From: Veleropilina oligotropha
Taxonomy: Eukaryota
NCBI GenBank assembly: GCA_048128005.1
Contig: JBEUKZ010000068.1
Coordinates: forward strand, 186,001-250,000
Direction of reading: 5' to 3'
DNA: 64,000 nucleotides
Position numbers and translations under genes: made by a program. Positions within the stretch are counted from its first letter, which is position 1, and each line of letters begins with the position of its first letter. This document shows, piece by piece, positions 1-13,540 of the stretch. Under the pieces are notes generated by a model. The model was not told the DNA's origin. It saw only the letters and a program-made list of their open reading frames with translations, and did not search any database.

Positions 1-521
1 TGTGTGTATGTTGGCAGACGTCTGAAGGGAGCTGAATGAACTAACACTATATCAGTATATGTGTGTATGTATGTTGGCAGACGTCTGAATGGAGCTGAAT
101 GAACTAATACTATATCAGTATATGTGTGTATGTATGTCGGCAGACGTCTGAAGGGAGCTGAATGAACTAACACTATATCAGTGTATGTGTGTATGTATGT
201 TGGCAGACGTCTGAAGGGAGCTGAATGAACTAATACTATATCAGTATATGTGTGTATGTATGTTGGCAGACGTCTGAAGGGAGCTGAATGAACTAATACT
301 ATATCAGTATATGTGTGTATGTATGTTGGCAGACGTCTGAAGGGAGCTGAATGAACTAATACTATATCAGTATATGTGTGTATGTCGGCAGACGTCTGAA
401 GCGAGCTGAATGAACTAATACTATATCAGTATATGTGTGTATGTATGTTGGCAGACGTCTGAAGCGAGCTGAATGAACTAATACTATATCAGTATATTTG
501 TATGTATGTTGGCAGATGTCT
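1..521. repeat. 63-bp tandem minisatellite (~8 copies, runs off the window start)
   Basis: (t/c)ggcagacgtctgaa recurs at about 11, 74, 137, 200, 263, 326 and onward. Confidence 0.95.
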
Positions 522-992
522 GTCGCGAGCATTTCAGTGTCTTTATCTTTAAATGGCAAAATACTTTTTTTAGGGGGCGTTTATTCGAGGCAGGCATTTA
601 TTCAAGACAGGCGTCTATTCAAGGAAATACAGTATTCTCAGCAGTTCTAAAAATTTACCATATCATGTTCAGGGCTAGAAATACAAATTTAAAACCACTG
701 GTCCAATGGACCACCAGGAAGTTTAAACACTGGTCAAATTTGAAATTTAACTTTTTATAAGGTAATGATCAATATCCTGCATATATTATATAGGCTATAA
801 TAACAAGCGCATCCGAGAGGAAGCATAGTTGAGCCATGTAAAGGCATCGTGGACATACACCACCACGCAGACACACAGACAGCCTCAATACAATAGTTTC
901 TCCATAAACGGCTCAACTAATAACTTTACAATGTGTGTGATAACAATTAATATTAAGCGGGTATTGTAAAAATCAATGGTCCAATGGAAAGG

Positions 993-1265
993 AAAGGGTC
1001 GATGCTTAATATCCTGTATGTTTCCAACCATCATTTGGTTCAAACCAGGACATGTCCATATTATCACGGGAAGAAAGCCTGGTCGCCCGGGGACACCCGC
1101 CCTCTTCGACCAGTCACAGATAACTGTGATTCATGACTTGAATAAATGTGTGATGCCTCAGCAGGGGATCGAACCCACTACTTTTCGCATCAGCAGAATC
1201 AAGTCAGTGATTTTCGGAATCCACAACCGTACCACTGTACTGTCGAAGCGTCCACTGGACCACCA
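993..1265 (-). mobile_element. tRNA-derived SINE, family A, diverged copy
   Basis: Minus strand has a B-box-like GGTTCGATCCC; the body matches the copies at 6895-7160 and 8025-8457. Confidence 0.7.
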
Positions 1266-2757
1266 TATATTAAAAATGACTGGTTTTCTGCATGCTTATT
1301 TCGATCCCTGCACTATACAGATTTATTTTATAACAATATAATTTGATTGGGTGAAAATTATCGTGTCCTAAAACGTTAATGCTCAACTTATCCTGCGATT
1401 CCGACTGAGTGTGCATATTTTTTCATAATTAATAGTTATTATTTGCCAATCCTTTTAGGTAGTTAGTCGATGATATGTAACTTTTGGATTTATTTATCTA
1501 AAATTAATACCGTATGTTATACTATTTGAACAATTTTTTTTTTTAAATAATAATATTATATTTCCAATTGCCTTGATTTAAAAATAAATTGTAATTTTAG
1601 GGTTTCAGAAAGTACATGACAATGTCCCCACCTAGTGATTGCTATATTGTAAGGCATTTGCAATAAATATAGGCTATCATTATGCAATTGTCGACAAACT
1701 TCACGAAAACTTGGTAAACAACCATGCCATTTTCATTGTCAATGATGATATCCATGAATCCCACAAACCCACCGGCATGATAAATCTGTCTTTAACCAGG
1801 TTTAAGCCATGTTATAATCAGGTAAAATTGACATATATATTTAGTTTAGCCAAAGCGAAACAAATGCTATTTTTTAAAAATTCGTGTAAAACTTACCAAC
1901 CCGGAAGACAACTTGGGTAAAGTCGTGTCTGCCCCGATCGACCATTGGCATTGCGATTTTCCTCGTCGGACGAGGAATAGGCACCCGGTTCATATATGTA
2001 AGGTTGAATGCTTAACAAGACGATTTCTCCTTCCACACAGGTTTCTTCATTCTCTGGTAAAATAATATCGGATGCATTGGACGCTACACTTCGTGTCGCT
2101 GTCGATATCGCTAGATGCCATTTTTCTCGGTGGGTTCTCGTTGTGACGTCATTCGTTAAATAGCTATTTTGGACAAAATCTTCGGTAATTTCCGGGAGGC
2201 GTTATTTGCACTTTAAAGTGACCATAAATTACATATATTTTTAACTGTTGATTTAACATAATATTTGGCATAAAGAATTTTTTTAAATTGCTAATAAATA
2301 AATAGATGCTAATAAGTATAACAACCAACATTTTCATTACCAGATCACACCAATTCAGTCAAAAAGCACCTGACTCATAAGCTGGTCTTGTCGATATTCA
2401 TTTTCAAATTTTCAAGCACCTACCCAAGATTCTACAATGCTTTAACCCTTTATTTAACCATTGATGGAAAAAGGTAACCCCTTCTTCATCATGGTGAGAA
2501 GACACCATTATCGCCACAGCATAAACCTATAAAAGATCGACCGCATGGGTACGGACCAATAGGAAACCCGAGCTCTAGGGCCAGTTACGGACAACGGCGA
2601 CTGAATAAAGCCGAGATTCGAACCCATTCCTGTTAGTTGGTACAATCGTGCCGATGATTTCGCGTCGGCATTCAATACCACACGAAAACCTCAGGGGCTT
2701 GTTTTTAAACGAAATTAATCTATTTATAGACTTAGACCTTATCCCTTTATTTAACAA

Positions 2758-3035
2758 CTAGCGGACACACCATACAAATGTGTGGTTTCGCCTGAAATCC
2801 CCCCGCCCATCCCCCCATCTCCCCATTCCTTCCTCATACCTGTCTGATTTTTCTGAAATCCCCCATTTCCCTTCCTCCCAGTTTTCCCCCCATTTCTCCC
2901 CCCCCAAATCCCCATTCCCCCTCACCCCCCCCCCCCCCCCTCCTCATTTCCCCATCCGCCCTCACACCTGCCCTTTTTTCATCCCAAGTGTCTCTCAATC
3001 AGCAGATGCTATCTCTCTCTCTCTATATATATATA
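2758..3035 (-). mobile_element. Possible non-autonomous Helitron-like element with C-rich interior
   Basis: Minus strand ends in an imperfect hairpin (accacacatttgtatggt) followed by CTAG-T; the other end is uncertain. Confidence 0.4.
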
Positions 3036-3039
3036 ACAG

Positions 3040-3420
3040 TGAACTAGAAAATGGAAACATCCCTTCATAATGGAGAGATACCATGGTTAACCCTACTAGA
3101 AAAACCGAAAACAGTTACAGACCAATAACTCTCGCCATCTGCATATGCAAAACCATGGAAAGGATGATAAACGAGAGATAAATTTGTTATTAGAATGAAA
3201 CAATTTGCTATCAATGCGGATTTCGCCCGAACATTATATCATTAGGTGCATTTGGAAACGTTTATACGCGAGGTCTTCGTAAATAAACAACACTTTGTGA
3301 AGGCATGCGATACTACTATTATGAACGATTTTTTTGTTATTGACGTAAAATAGGTCACTTACTTACTTTTATTTTTAAATTCTATGGAGGTATAATTTTT
3401 AAAGTTCAAGTAGGGACATC
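3040..3420 (+). pseudogene. Degenerate non-LTR retrotransposon RT fragment
   Basis: Translates in part to LAICICKTMERMINE, resembling the LINE RT N-terminal motif; frameshifted. Confidence 0.55.
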
Positions 3421-4515
3421 CGTTCAGTGTTTTAATTTTATATTATTTTAATTTCACTTTCACAAGTGTACGGGATATCGCGACGCATTTGGCCTTTGTT
3501 ACCTCATAGTTGCGTGTAATTAATTAATCTAATTATGAATTCCAGGAACCCGATAACAGATATTGAATCTAATAATGTCGATGTTACGTTAGAAGCGGTG
3601 ACATATTTGTTGCATAGACAGCGCCACGTGGCGATGCGTTCATCTGGTATTCGGTAGTTGGCGGGGTCCCAGACGTAAGGCTATCTAAGTTAATGACCGG
3701 AGCTGGAATGTGTCACGTAGCCAATTTGGCACATTACTGAAATACTTTTGACCAAGCAGTCTCCGTAACAGATGAATCTGTAATGGGCGATGCTAATTTG
3801 AATGATGTTATTGGTGAGTAGTAGGGCGTTGCACTGACGTAATTTGCCCTGGCATTAAATAGGAGGGCGTGCTGGAAAAGTCAGTTTCTGTGTAATAAAT
3901 TGTGTAATATGCTAGCAAATAAATGAATTATCATGTTCAACTAAACTACAGGAAATGAATGTATATATGTCTACTGGATTTAACTCTGATTTAGGCTATT
4001 TCACACATGTAATCGCGGCCCTGTTGTATGTTGGGTTTCATGTTTGTCAGATTCAAGCAGATTCTAGGAACTTCACAACATTCTTATGATGAACATGTTT
4101 TCTTATCCAGACATATAGATGGTTCCGGAGACGATCATATTGATCGGAAAAAATTAAATATCACCAATAGTACCTAGACCATAACGCGACGGTAGTGTAA
4201 CTTGACGTTGAAGCGTAATCCGAACTTCACCTGAACCAACCGTTAACAGTTCTAATGACAGAGTTGACTGTGCTGTTCTTACATTAGACCCACCGTTATC
4301 TTCAGAACAGTTTATCGTTAAGTCCTATGACTTGATGGTGGGACTTTGGCTGTCTTAAGAAATCCATTCATCAACAGCACCTGCATTATGTAACAGTTGT
4401 CCATAACTGACCGAAGAGAACATGTTTTGCTCTGATGGTTGTAAATATACTGCACATTGAGAATTAGTCCAATCCAATCCAATCATACAGAGTCTTATAA
4501 CGTTTTTAAATATAG

Positions 4516-5691
4516 TTTGTTTGTTTGTTTGTTTTGTTTGTTTATTTATTTGATAAAAGAAAGGCATATACACTTACACTTAATTCTATCAGGATAACCC
4601 AAGAAAGCTCGAGAGCTTATTTCCATTGGGGTCCTTACACATACATACAAAGACATAACAATACAATACATCATAATAATAAAATAATACTAATAGCTTA
4701 ATATATTGAGGCATTTTAGAATAGATTATTGCTATAACAATAAAAAGATAATACAGGTAGCTTAAAATATTGATGCATTATAATGTAGGTTATTGCTATC
4801 ACAGTAATAAAATAATACATTAGTTTGAAAATTGGTGTATTTTTTAAATATGTTATTGCCGTCTTGTTATATAATTATTGATACCGTCTTCAAATATTTT
4901 TTAACTTCATATTTGAAGGTGGTAAAAGTATTAATTTGTTTAACAATATTTGGTAGAGAATTCCAACTTTGAATGGCAGTATAATAAAATGACTGATGGG
5001 CTGGACTTCGAATACATGGTGTAACATAATTTAATATTGAGTTTCTTGTGTGGTGTTGGTGATAATCTTTAATTCTGATGAAGTTTGAATGAAGATATTG
5101 AGGAGCAAGATTATGGGTTATTTTGAATACATGATTCAGTTTCAACTGTTGGATTCTGTTTTTGACATTTAACATGTCAACAGATTCAAGTTGTGATTGT
5201 CCCACATGTGATCTGGAGTCTAACCCAGATATGTATCTTATCATCTTATTCTGCATGATTTGTAGTTTTTGTTTGCAGTAGGTTGATGTGCCAGAAAACC
5301 AGGCAGAGCAACAGTAATCAAACTGACTTTGTATTAGGGCATAACAGAGAGTCTTTCGGGATGTTTCATTCAAGCAATGTGCATTTCGATATAAAAATTT
5401 CAATCTAGAATTTGTTTTTTTTATTATGTTATTAATAGTTTCTACTCCAGATAATGATTGGTCGAGATTTACTCCAAGATATTTTACTGAATTTACTGAC
5501 TTGATTTCAGTATTATCACAGATGACAGAAAATTCTTTGATTTTTTTCAGTTTTCTTTTTGAGCCAAATAAGATGGATTCTGTTTTGCCCAAATGCAATG
5601 ATAACTTATTGTCTATTAACCATTCCTTACAAGATGCAAGTTCATTGCTAAGTGTATGAGAAATAAGTTGCTGATCTTTGTGAGAAAACAA
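4516..5691 (-). mobile_element. 5'-truncated LINE (CR1/L2 group): ORF2 C-terminal region (4867-5691), 3' UTR and (AAAC)n tail
   Basis: WLIDNKLSLHLGKTESILFG, KYLGVNLD, FDYCCSAW and SFYYTAIQSWNSLP are typical of the CR1/L2-group RT C-terminus; microsatellite tail at ~4516-4550. Confidence 0.88.
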
Positions 5692-5797
5692 CAGTTAGGT
5701 TTGTTATGTGTTTATCTATTTCAAATTAAATGTACCAGTGAAAATATCAATGAACAATAACACATTCATACGAAGTCTCTTAATCGCTGTTTTGCAG

Positions 5798-5887
5798 TTT
5801 GAGTTTGTAAATATCTGCTTCTGGTACATTCCACCGAGACTTCGCGGGCAATCGGAAACTGGGGAATGGTGGAATGAGATCGCCAAG
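5798..5887 (+). CDS. Penultimate coding exon of a group II PLP-dependent decarboxylase (GAD/CSAD/GADL1 family)
   Basis: tttgcag acceptor, 90 nt encoding FEFVNICFWYIPPRLRGQSETGEWWNEIAK, gtgagg donor; NxCFWYIPP is the family motif. Confidence 0.9.
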
Positions 5888-6894
5888 GTGAGGTCACTGG
5901 AATATTGTGTTTTAATGTATTGTGCACATAATCGCACAATATATTTTATTTTTCAGGAATGGCGATATTGCACATTTTAAGACATTGAGTTCAATGTTCT
6001 TCTGCAAATTGAAGGTTATGGAATAATTCAAATAACATAATGTGAACCCAGGCCGAACATTTGACTAACTCCAATTGTTCTAGTTACAGGTTGGTTCGTT
6101 CTCGTTTGAAGATAATGATTAGATACAAATCATATATCATGAACTATTCATGTAACCAAGCCAAAATAAGAAAAGCTCTTTTCCGGGGAGCCTAAGACCC
6201 TTGGGGGGGGGGGGGGTAATGGACACCGCCTGTTATCTTTGGTTTGTGCCATTTTTTCATTACCTTAGATGATATTTAAAGTATCTAAGATAAACAACCA
6301 TGTAAAAAGTACACAGGGAATATTTCTGGGAGTATTTATAATGTAACCCAGCAGTATTTTGGCACCGGCCTGGGTGACCACAATTATTAGAAGGATCATT
6401 TTCACAGGGTTAGGGTTACCATAAAGATCACGGTTTATGGTATTTTCAAGATTCACTGTGATTACGGAGTAACATATTAAAAGTAACAACAAATTGAACA
6501 AACTTAAAGGATCTAAATATTTAAAGACGCAGTATCATCGAAATGTCGTTGTTTTCCATTTGTAAAGCAAACAAGTTGTAATAATATATTTTTCTATATA
6601 TTTTGCACGAATTTTGGAATTGATTAAATTTAAATCTTTGAAAACAATGTGTCAAATGATTTATTTCCACCAGAGAAGATTACAAAGCAATATCGCACCG
6701 GGTTAAGTTATATTTTGATCAATATATCCATCAATTTATAAACGTCACCATCATAATAATGATGATATCTGTTATTAAACAGATCGACAATTAATGTCGC
6801 GCATTGATTAACAAAGATATACACAGCCAGCGAACAACACACAGAAGCCTCACTAATAAAGATGTAGTGGTGGCGCACCATGCTCTTGTTAGAG

Positions 6895-7340
6895 GCGGGC
6901 CGCTTCGGCAGCGCAGTGGGTAAGAGTGTCCACTCTAAATTCACTGGCTTGATTCCGCTAATGCGAACAGTAGTGGGTTCAATACCTGGCTGAGGCATTG
7001 AAATTTGTTCAAGTGATGAATCACAGTTGTCCGTGACTGGCCGAAGAGGGTGGGTTTATACGGGCGACCGGGGTTTCCTCCCGCGATAACACGGACATGT
7101 CCTGCCTTGAACCTCGATGTTGTAAATATACAGGACATCAAGCATCATTCCTCCCTCCCTCTTGTTAGAGGCATCCCCAGCAAAGGGCACTTTAAAAGGC
7201 TTGAATACTTTAATACACGGACATGTCCTGCCTTGAACCTCGATGTTGTAAATATACAGGACATCAAGCATCATTCCTCCCTCCCTCTTGTTAGAGGCAT
7301 ACCCAGCAAAGGGCCCTTTAAAAGGCTTGAATACTTTAAG
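6895..7340 (+). mobile_element. tRNA-derived SINE, family A, with a ~125-bp duplication of its 3' end and flank
   Basis: A/B-box-like head (gcgcagtgg...gggttcaatacc); acacggacatgtcc...gaatacttt occurs twice. Confidence 0.75.
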
Positions 7341-7814
7341 GAGCTGCTCTTACACTTATCTACTAAGTCTGATATATGCGTGAATATCATTTTCTATTTT
7401 GTGGTTTCGGTGCTTTCTCAACATCAACACATAGATAAATGATGATAAAGAATTGTATGTTCAGGGCATTTCCATTGTTGGTACAAGCCCAATGGCAAAA
7501 AATAATGGAAGAACACTTAGTCACATATTCACACATTCAAACATTGTGTTCAATAATGGTCATGAAAAGGAATATGCAGAAGGCAAATCTTATTTGGACG
7601 CTTTACTTCGACAAATGCACCATAGAAAAATCATTGTCCATCTGTATGTTCCAAATGATCGTGTTCAGATATATAATCATCATTATGATCGCCAGTAACC
7701 ACTTACCGCCTTCATGGAAAATCACAAGAGCTTATGCAGTGAAGATCATGTTTTGCAGCTAAGCTTTAATTAGGGTATCGCATCCTGTAGTGAAGTTCCA
7801 CTGGACTATAAGAC

Positions 7815-7990
7815 CGCCCCGGTAGCCGAGTGGTTTAGAGTGACGACTCTGAATTAACTAGTTAGGCTGTCCTGTTCAACAGGATTGCGTTCGAACCTCG
7901 GGCGAGGAAATGACATTCTTCGTTCGATTATAAGTCATATTAACCTGTTATCCATAGCTGGTGGTTTTTCAATGAATTTCCTTTCGCGAT
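7815..7990 (+). mobile_element. tRNA-like SINE head of another family
   Basis: gccccggtagccgagtgg (A box) and gttcgaacc (B box); no complete cloverleaf. Confidence 0.5.
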
Positions 7991-8024
7991 AATATGAGCA
8001 TTTTCTGGCCTTAACCTGACGGGT

Positions 8025-8457
8025 TGTGGAGGGAGGGAGGAATGATGCTTAATGTCCTGTATATTTACAACATCGAGGTTCAAGGCAGGACATGTCCGTG
8101 TTATCGCGGGAGGAGGAGGAATGATGCTTTATGTCCTGTATATTTACAACATCGAGGTTCAAGGCAGGACATGTCCGTGTTATCGCGGGACAAAAAAACC
8201 GGTCGCCCGGGTAAACCCGCCCTCTTCGGCCAGTCACTGACAACTGTGATTCATAAATTGAACAAATTCCAATGCCTAAGCCAGATATTGAACCCACTGC
8301 TGTTCGCATTAGCGGAATCAAGCCAGTGAATATTAGAGTGGACACTCTACCCACTGCGCCGCCGAGTGGACACTCTACCCACTGCGCCGCCGAGTGGACA
8401 CTCTACCCACTGCGCCGCCGAGTGGACACTCTACCCACTGCGCTGCCGAAGCGGCCT
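8025..8457 (-). mobile_element. tRNA-derived SINE, family A, with internal tandem duplications
   Basis: Reverse complement of 6895-7160; gagtggacactctacccactgcgccgcc repeated about 4 times. Confidence 0.75.
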
Positions 8458-9229
8458 CCTGACGGGTTGTTAATAACAGGACATTAAGCATTGATTCTAA
8501 CCAAGCTATAGTAGATTATAATATCAGATGTATTCAGCAAGGTTACTGTGCATCGTTATTGGGATACGCTATTTATCCCAATCATGACACATCCCAGCTC
8601 AATGTTGTAGGTTCCGTACAGTCTTCATTGTGTATGCAAACCATACCGGTTTATGGACGAGGTTGTTCTCGGAGTATTCAGAGGCCAAAAAATTATTTGC
8701 TGTTTTTAAATGTGTATCATAATGATATTGAAGAATCAAAATGCGTTTAATTAAACAGCCCCACCACTGCCTTCTACGCAACCAGCAGATTTAATAGTAT
8801 ATTTGTTAATCATTGGTTTACAAAGACCGGTGAACAGGCACGTAAAACTCAAGGCATACTGAATACGACCTTTTACGACTGCAAATCACAAGAATTCGTA
8901 GAAAAATCCTGGTGTCTTGGATGATTTGTGGTAGTCGCTTGACCGAATTCGTTCTTGGGGAGGTTTGCTATCATGTTATGCGCCAGTCACACTCACATAG
9001 GACAAATCACAACAGGTTAGAGTGACTACGACTGAAAATCGCAAGGAATCGTGAAAAGGTTCTGCTACAAAGCCTTATCTCATATGCTACTGAGGTTGTT
9101 GGTCAACCGAGTTCGATTGTGGGTACGTTTTCGATCATGCTCAAATTTCTGTTTGCGACCAAACTGGCCTTGGCTGGTCTTAGTTGGGTCACAGAAGTCG
9201 TGCGATTAATCGTGTCTTCTCACCACTAT

Positions 9230-9373
9230 GCAGCAAGAACCAGACACTGTCAATGGCGTCTCTACCCTACAGCAAGAACAAGACACTGTCAATGGCGTGT
9301 CTACCCTACAGCAAGAACCAGACACTGTCAATGGCGTGTCTACCCTACAGTAAGAACCAGACACTGTCAATGG
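9230..9373. repeat. 39-bp tandem repeat (~3.5 copies)
   Basis: cagcaagaaccagacactgtcaatggcgtgtctacccta units. Confidence 0.85.
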
Positions 9374-10542
9374 ATCATCGTGATGGCGTGTCTAATCGTA
9401 CATTGGCAATATTAGACAGTTTTGTGTGATTGTACTACAAATCTTAGCATAGTTGGGAACAAGTCTTATTATATTGAGTGAATGCTAGACTGACATCGCA
9501 TTGTACCAAGGCCGCTCCAGGTTGATATAGTCGCGGTAATCGTGTGTGCATGGGGATAATAAAGGCAGATTGACTCTCTGGAAAATGACTCATGACTTCT
9601 CCCCCACTCCAAAGATTTGTGACATAGAGACACATCCGGATAAGACATGGGAAAACAATATATCACAGCAATAATTTATTTCAGAACTGTGATGATATAT
9701 ACATTTGTTATCACTTGACCGACAGTGGAGGTCGTAGCCTGAAACCCGATCATGGTTGTTGGACTGTTGAATATTATTGCACCGGATAGTTTCACTATGT
9801 CTTAATTATATTCATCTTAGATTCGTGGATCAGAGGAATGAAGTAGACCAGAGACTTTTGTTCTTTTATACTTTTAGAGGAAAGTTTATTCTAGATGCAT
9901 AGAAATGCATCAGTAATTGAGAGCGTAACAGTCTTTCATATATTGATTGACAAGTAAAACATATAGAAGGTGTGCACCTGTATTTGTTCTGGAATACGCA
10001 TAATATGTGTCATGACCGTATTTAAGCTTAGATTTCCCGACAACAAACTCTTGAAACAACAGAAATGTTTCGTTTGAGTGAATATGAAAGTATTAAATTA
10101 ATTTGTCTGTTTACTAATTAAAAATCATAAATCCTGGCCGTGTATTTGCCATTAATACATTGATCAATATCAAATAGCAAATCAAAATATATAGTTAACA
10201 CGGTCCGAGATTGCTTTGTAGTCTTATGTGGTGATAATAAATCATTTGACACTTTAAACGTTTGGTAACTTCTGATGCAGAGATAATTTTCGAAGATTTA
10301 AGTAATGTCAAGTCAAAACGTTATCAAAAATGAATTTTTGCGTCACAAATGAGGTTTAACGTCTTTAATTATACCATATTTAGACTCTTTAAGGTCTTTA
10401 ATTTTAGGTAGCTAATAATATGTTACTCTTTAGTCATAGTAAATCTAAAAAAATACCATTAAATGTGTTCTTACTATTTTGGGGCCGTGTAACAGTGATC
10501 TTACTAATATTTATGACCCCAGATCTGTGCGAAAATCCTGCT

Positions 10543-10771
10543 GGGTGGCATTATAAGGGTAGTCCTTCATGTAAGACTGAACGAAATATATTGAAATGGT
10601 ATGGAACCATGCTTAACTACCACTGACCCCAATACCCTTGGAATATATCCAGCTTAGGGTTAGGTATATATTCTTTGGGCATTGGGATCAGTGGTAGTTA
10701 AGCAGGGTTCGCTACCATTACAATATATTTAGTTTATTCTTACATGAAGGGCCCCATTATAAATACCACCC
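10543..10771. repeat. Long imperfect palindrome (foldback MITE-like) with TTAGGGTTAGG in the loop
   Basis: Arms of ~105 bp pair, e.g. ccttcatgtaaga/tcttacatgaagg and gcttaactaccactga/tcagtggtagttaagc. Confidence 0.85.
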
Positions 10772-10896
10772 TAAAATGTTCCCTGTGTAAATTTGCCTGG
10801 GCTGTCCACCTTAAATATATTTCATATGATATATAGTAATGGTTAAATGACCTTGTTGTCGTCGCTCAATTCGTAGTCTTTTCTTTGTACATGCAG

Positions 10897-11076
10897 GTGG
10901 CACCAAAGATTAAAGTGCGCATGGTCACCGAAGGATCCATGATGATTGGCTATCAGCCAAATGAAAGCAAAGGATTGGTTAATTTCTTTCGCATCATAAT
11001 ACGTAATCCAGATTGCGATATCTCAGATATGGACTTTGTTATTAATGAAATTCAAAGGTTGGGAAATGATCTCTAA
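10897..11076 (+). CDS. Terminal coding exon of the GAD/CSAD/GADL1-family decarboxylase
   Basis: Polypyrimidine tract plus cag acceptor; VAPKIKVRMVTEGSMMIGYQP...NFFRIII...DMDFVINEIQRLGNDL* matches the family C-terminus and is in phase with exon 5798-5887. Confidence 0.93.
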   Translation: MAPKIKVRMVTEGSMMIGYQPNESKGLVNFFRIIIRNPDCDISDMDFVINEIQRLGNDL

Positions 11077-11573
11077 ACCGCAATGAGGCTATGTCAATGC
11101 CATCTCCACCAGGATTAAACATTATCAGTATACACTCAATATATTATATAAGCCGGCGGCCAAAGGGGTCAACTGTGCACCCCACGATATTTTTTCGTTA
11201 CAACCATTTTGTTCAATAGGTTCATCTGATTGAAAAACGATGTTCCTAAAAAGTAACTCAATTGCCCTATTTCAAGCAACAGTAATATTCATAGAAATAT
11301 TGATTTTTGTCAATTTTTAGCGACATTTTCAATAACTGTGAATTTAAAAAACGTATAAAATATATTTTGTGTGCCAATTATACATCAATTATACATCAAT
11401 GTGCTCCCATGATCATGACAATTAATATGATACCATTTCTCGTCTGTTCGAAGAACAGTAGAGCTATTGTCATCAGCAGCTCGTGCATCGACGTCTCCAG
11501 TTTTCCTTCTTAAATGTCAAGCTATGACTCAAATTTTCAATGAGTTTATGTATATGCCACTCTATACTATGCC

Positions 11574-12180
11574 ATTAATGTTAACATGTACATTATTCAG
11601 GAATCTTTAGGTTGAAACATGATTTATATGCAGCTGCTTTAAGGAAAATGTTTAGATGATGTTTTTCAAATATTTATTTTCAGGAAAAGAAATTATATCA
11701 GATACAGTATATTCAACTTTTATTTTATTGGATCATATGACCTACCAACAAAGTGTTAATTTTAAATTAAGCATTTTACTGGACAAGTATTTTTAGGATA
11801 AAAATGTGCTTTTTAACTTATTTACTTTTGTGTTAAGGGAAGTGTTAAGTTGAAGTTTTATCTACTTTAATCTCAAGCAATGGCTTGAATTTCCAATAAG
11901 TTTAATAATAGGTAACCCTTTACAATACAATTAATGTTAATATGTACATTACGGAGGTATTTTTGTGATGAAGCATCCTTTATATGAAGTTTGATTTTGC
12001 ATTAACGAAAATGCTTAGATGATGCTTTTTAAACATTTAATTTCAAGGTAAGGATTTAAATCAGATATATTCAACTTTTATTTCATTGTATTATGTGACC
12101 TACCAACCAAGTACTAATTAAATATTAAGCATGGTACTTTAAGCATGGTATTTTAGGATGAAATGTGATTTTTAGCTTGT
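11574..12180. repeat. Diverged direct duplication (~250-bp copies, ~355-bp spacing) downstream of the stop codon
   Basis: attaatgttaa(c/t)atgtacatta...gacctaccaac...ttttaggat occurs at ~11574 and ~11930. Confidence 0.75.
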
Positions 12181-13540
12181 TTATATTGATTTATTTTCCG
12201 GTAAGCTATAGAAGATATTACTGAGAAGTTTGAATTTGCCTTGACATACTGAGCTTTATACACTAACATTCTTTTCTATGAATATAAATATAAATTATGA
12301 AGAGTATGTTTTGTTGTTTTGTAAAGTTATATAAATATTGTACGAGTACAATTGTAAATGACATTTGCTTATCTTTCATACTTGCTAACTGCACAGTAAG
12401 CTGTTAAGCTTAACGGTCACTCTGTGATGCTAAGATTATCAAAATCGAAAATTAACGGATTTTAAAACTGGCGTCCCATTGGTTCATTCCAATGGTATCT
12501 TGGAATGGCAGTATATATAGCCATTGCAAGAGCAGACTGCACCAAGTGTCTAATGTCACTCTGGTCAACTGGTCAGTGTTCCAATTATCAGCTAATATTT
12601 GAAATAAAATCGTAGTGCTAATTAAGCAAATTATTTAAAGATAACATATGTGTGTCATTGTCAATGTATTACATATGTGAACACAATCAATCAAAGGTCA
12701 GCTTTTATTTTAAAAGATGCTTGTCAGGCGATATATATGGTGGCATTGCGACCATCTATTTTATTTTATATATTATCCATGTGCTTGCAACTTTGGCGAC
12801 AATGTCACATTATCTTTGAATGTTGTTTAGACAGATAAATATGTTGCCTTGAATTTAAATCAGTATATGACTTTTGAATGAAGATTAACTATTATATTTA
12901 CACAGATCTATATTGTCCGTTTTAATATATTGTTTTATTTTGTTCTATGTATGAATATGGATAAATATTATTATTGTTAGAGTGATTGATTATTTTAATT
13001 ATTGTTTTGTAGCGTATATCTGTATTTAGCATTGAAAATAAAAGTTAGTAAATTCCATATTGATTTGCATTTGTGTATTTTCCGTCTCTCTAATACTCTT
13101 GTTCAAAGATTTTGAGTACACTTGTGGTTTTTAAGTATTTCACCTTGTTATAGATAAATTTAGATTAAACGACTGCAAAATACCTATATATACATTCAAG
13201 TAGTACAAGCACCATATACAGCACGATCAAAATCGACTACAATAATGAAAATAATATGCAGATCAATGTTAGCAAATGTATTTACAAAACGAACGTTGCA
13301 GTACAGACTACTTCTATTAGTTTTAAACGTTCTATCGTCGACCGCGCAGATTGAATTCGCGTCCTAACACCGCTTAACATTAATTTGCCGATGATCTACC
13401 AGTTGCGCTATCGAGTACGGTTACGTTACAGTATTCAGTATATTCGTGTATATGTAGCACATAAGCAGATTTTAAATATTTAATAATTTTAATTTCAAGT
13501 TTACTGGAAATCAATCTGAATCACATATTCATATTCATCA

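Noticed and set aside
6895..7000. tRNA genes (also at 7815 and 45050-45140)
   Set aside because: A/B boxes without a complete cloverleaf, followed by SINE bodies
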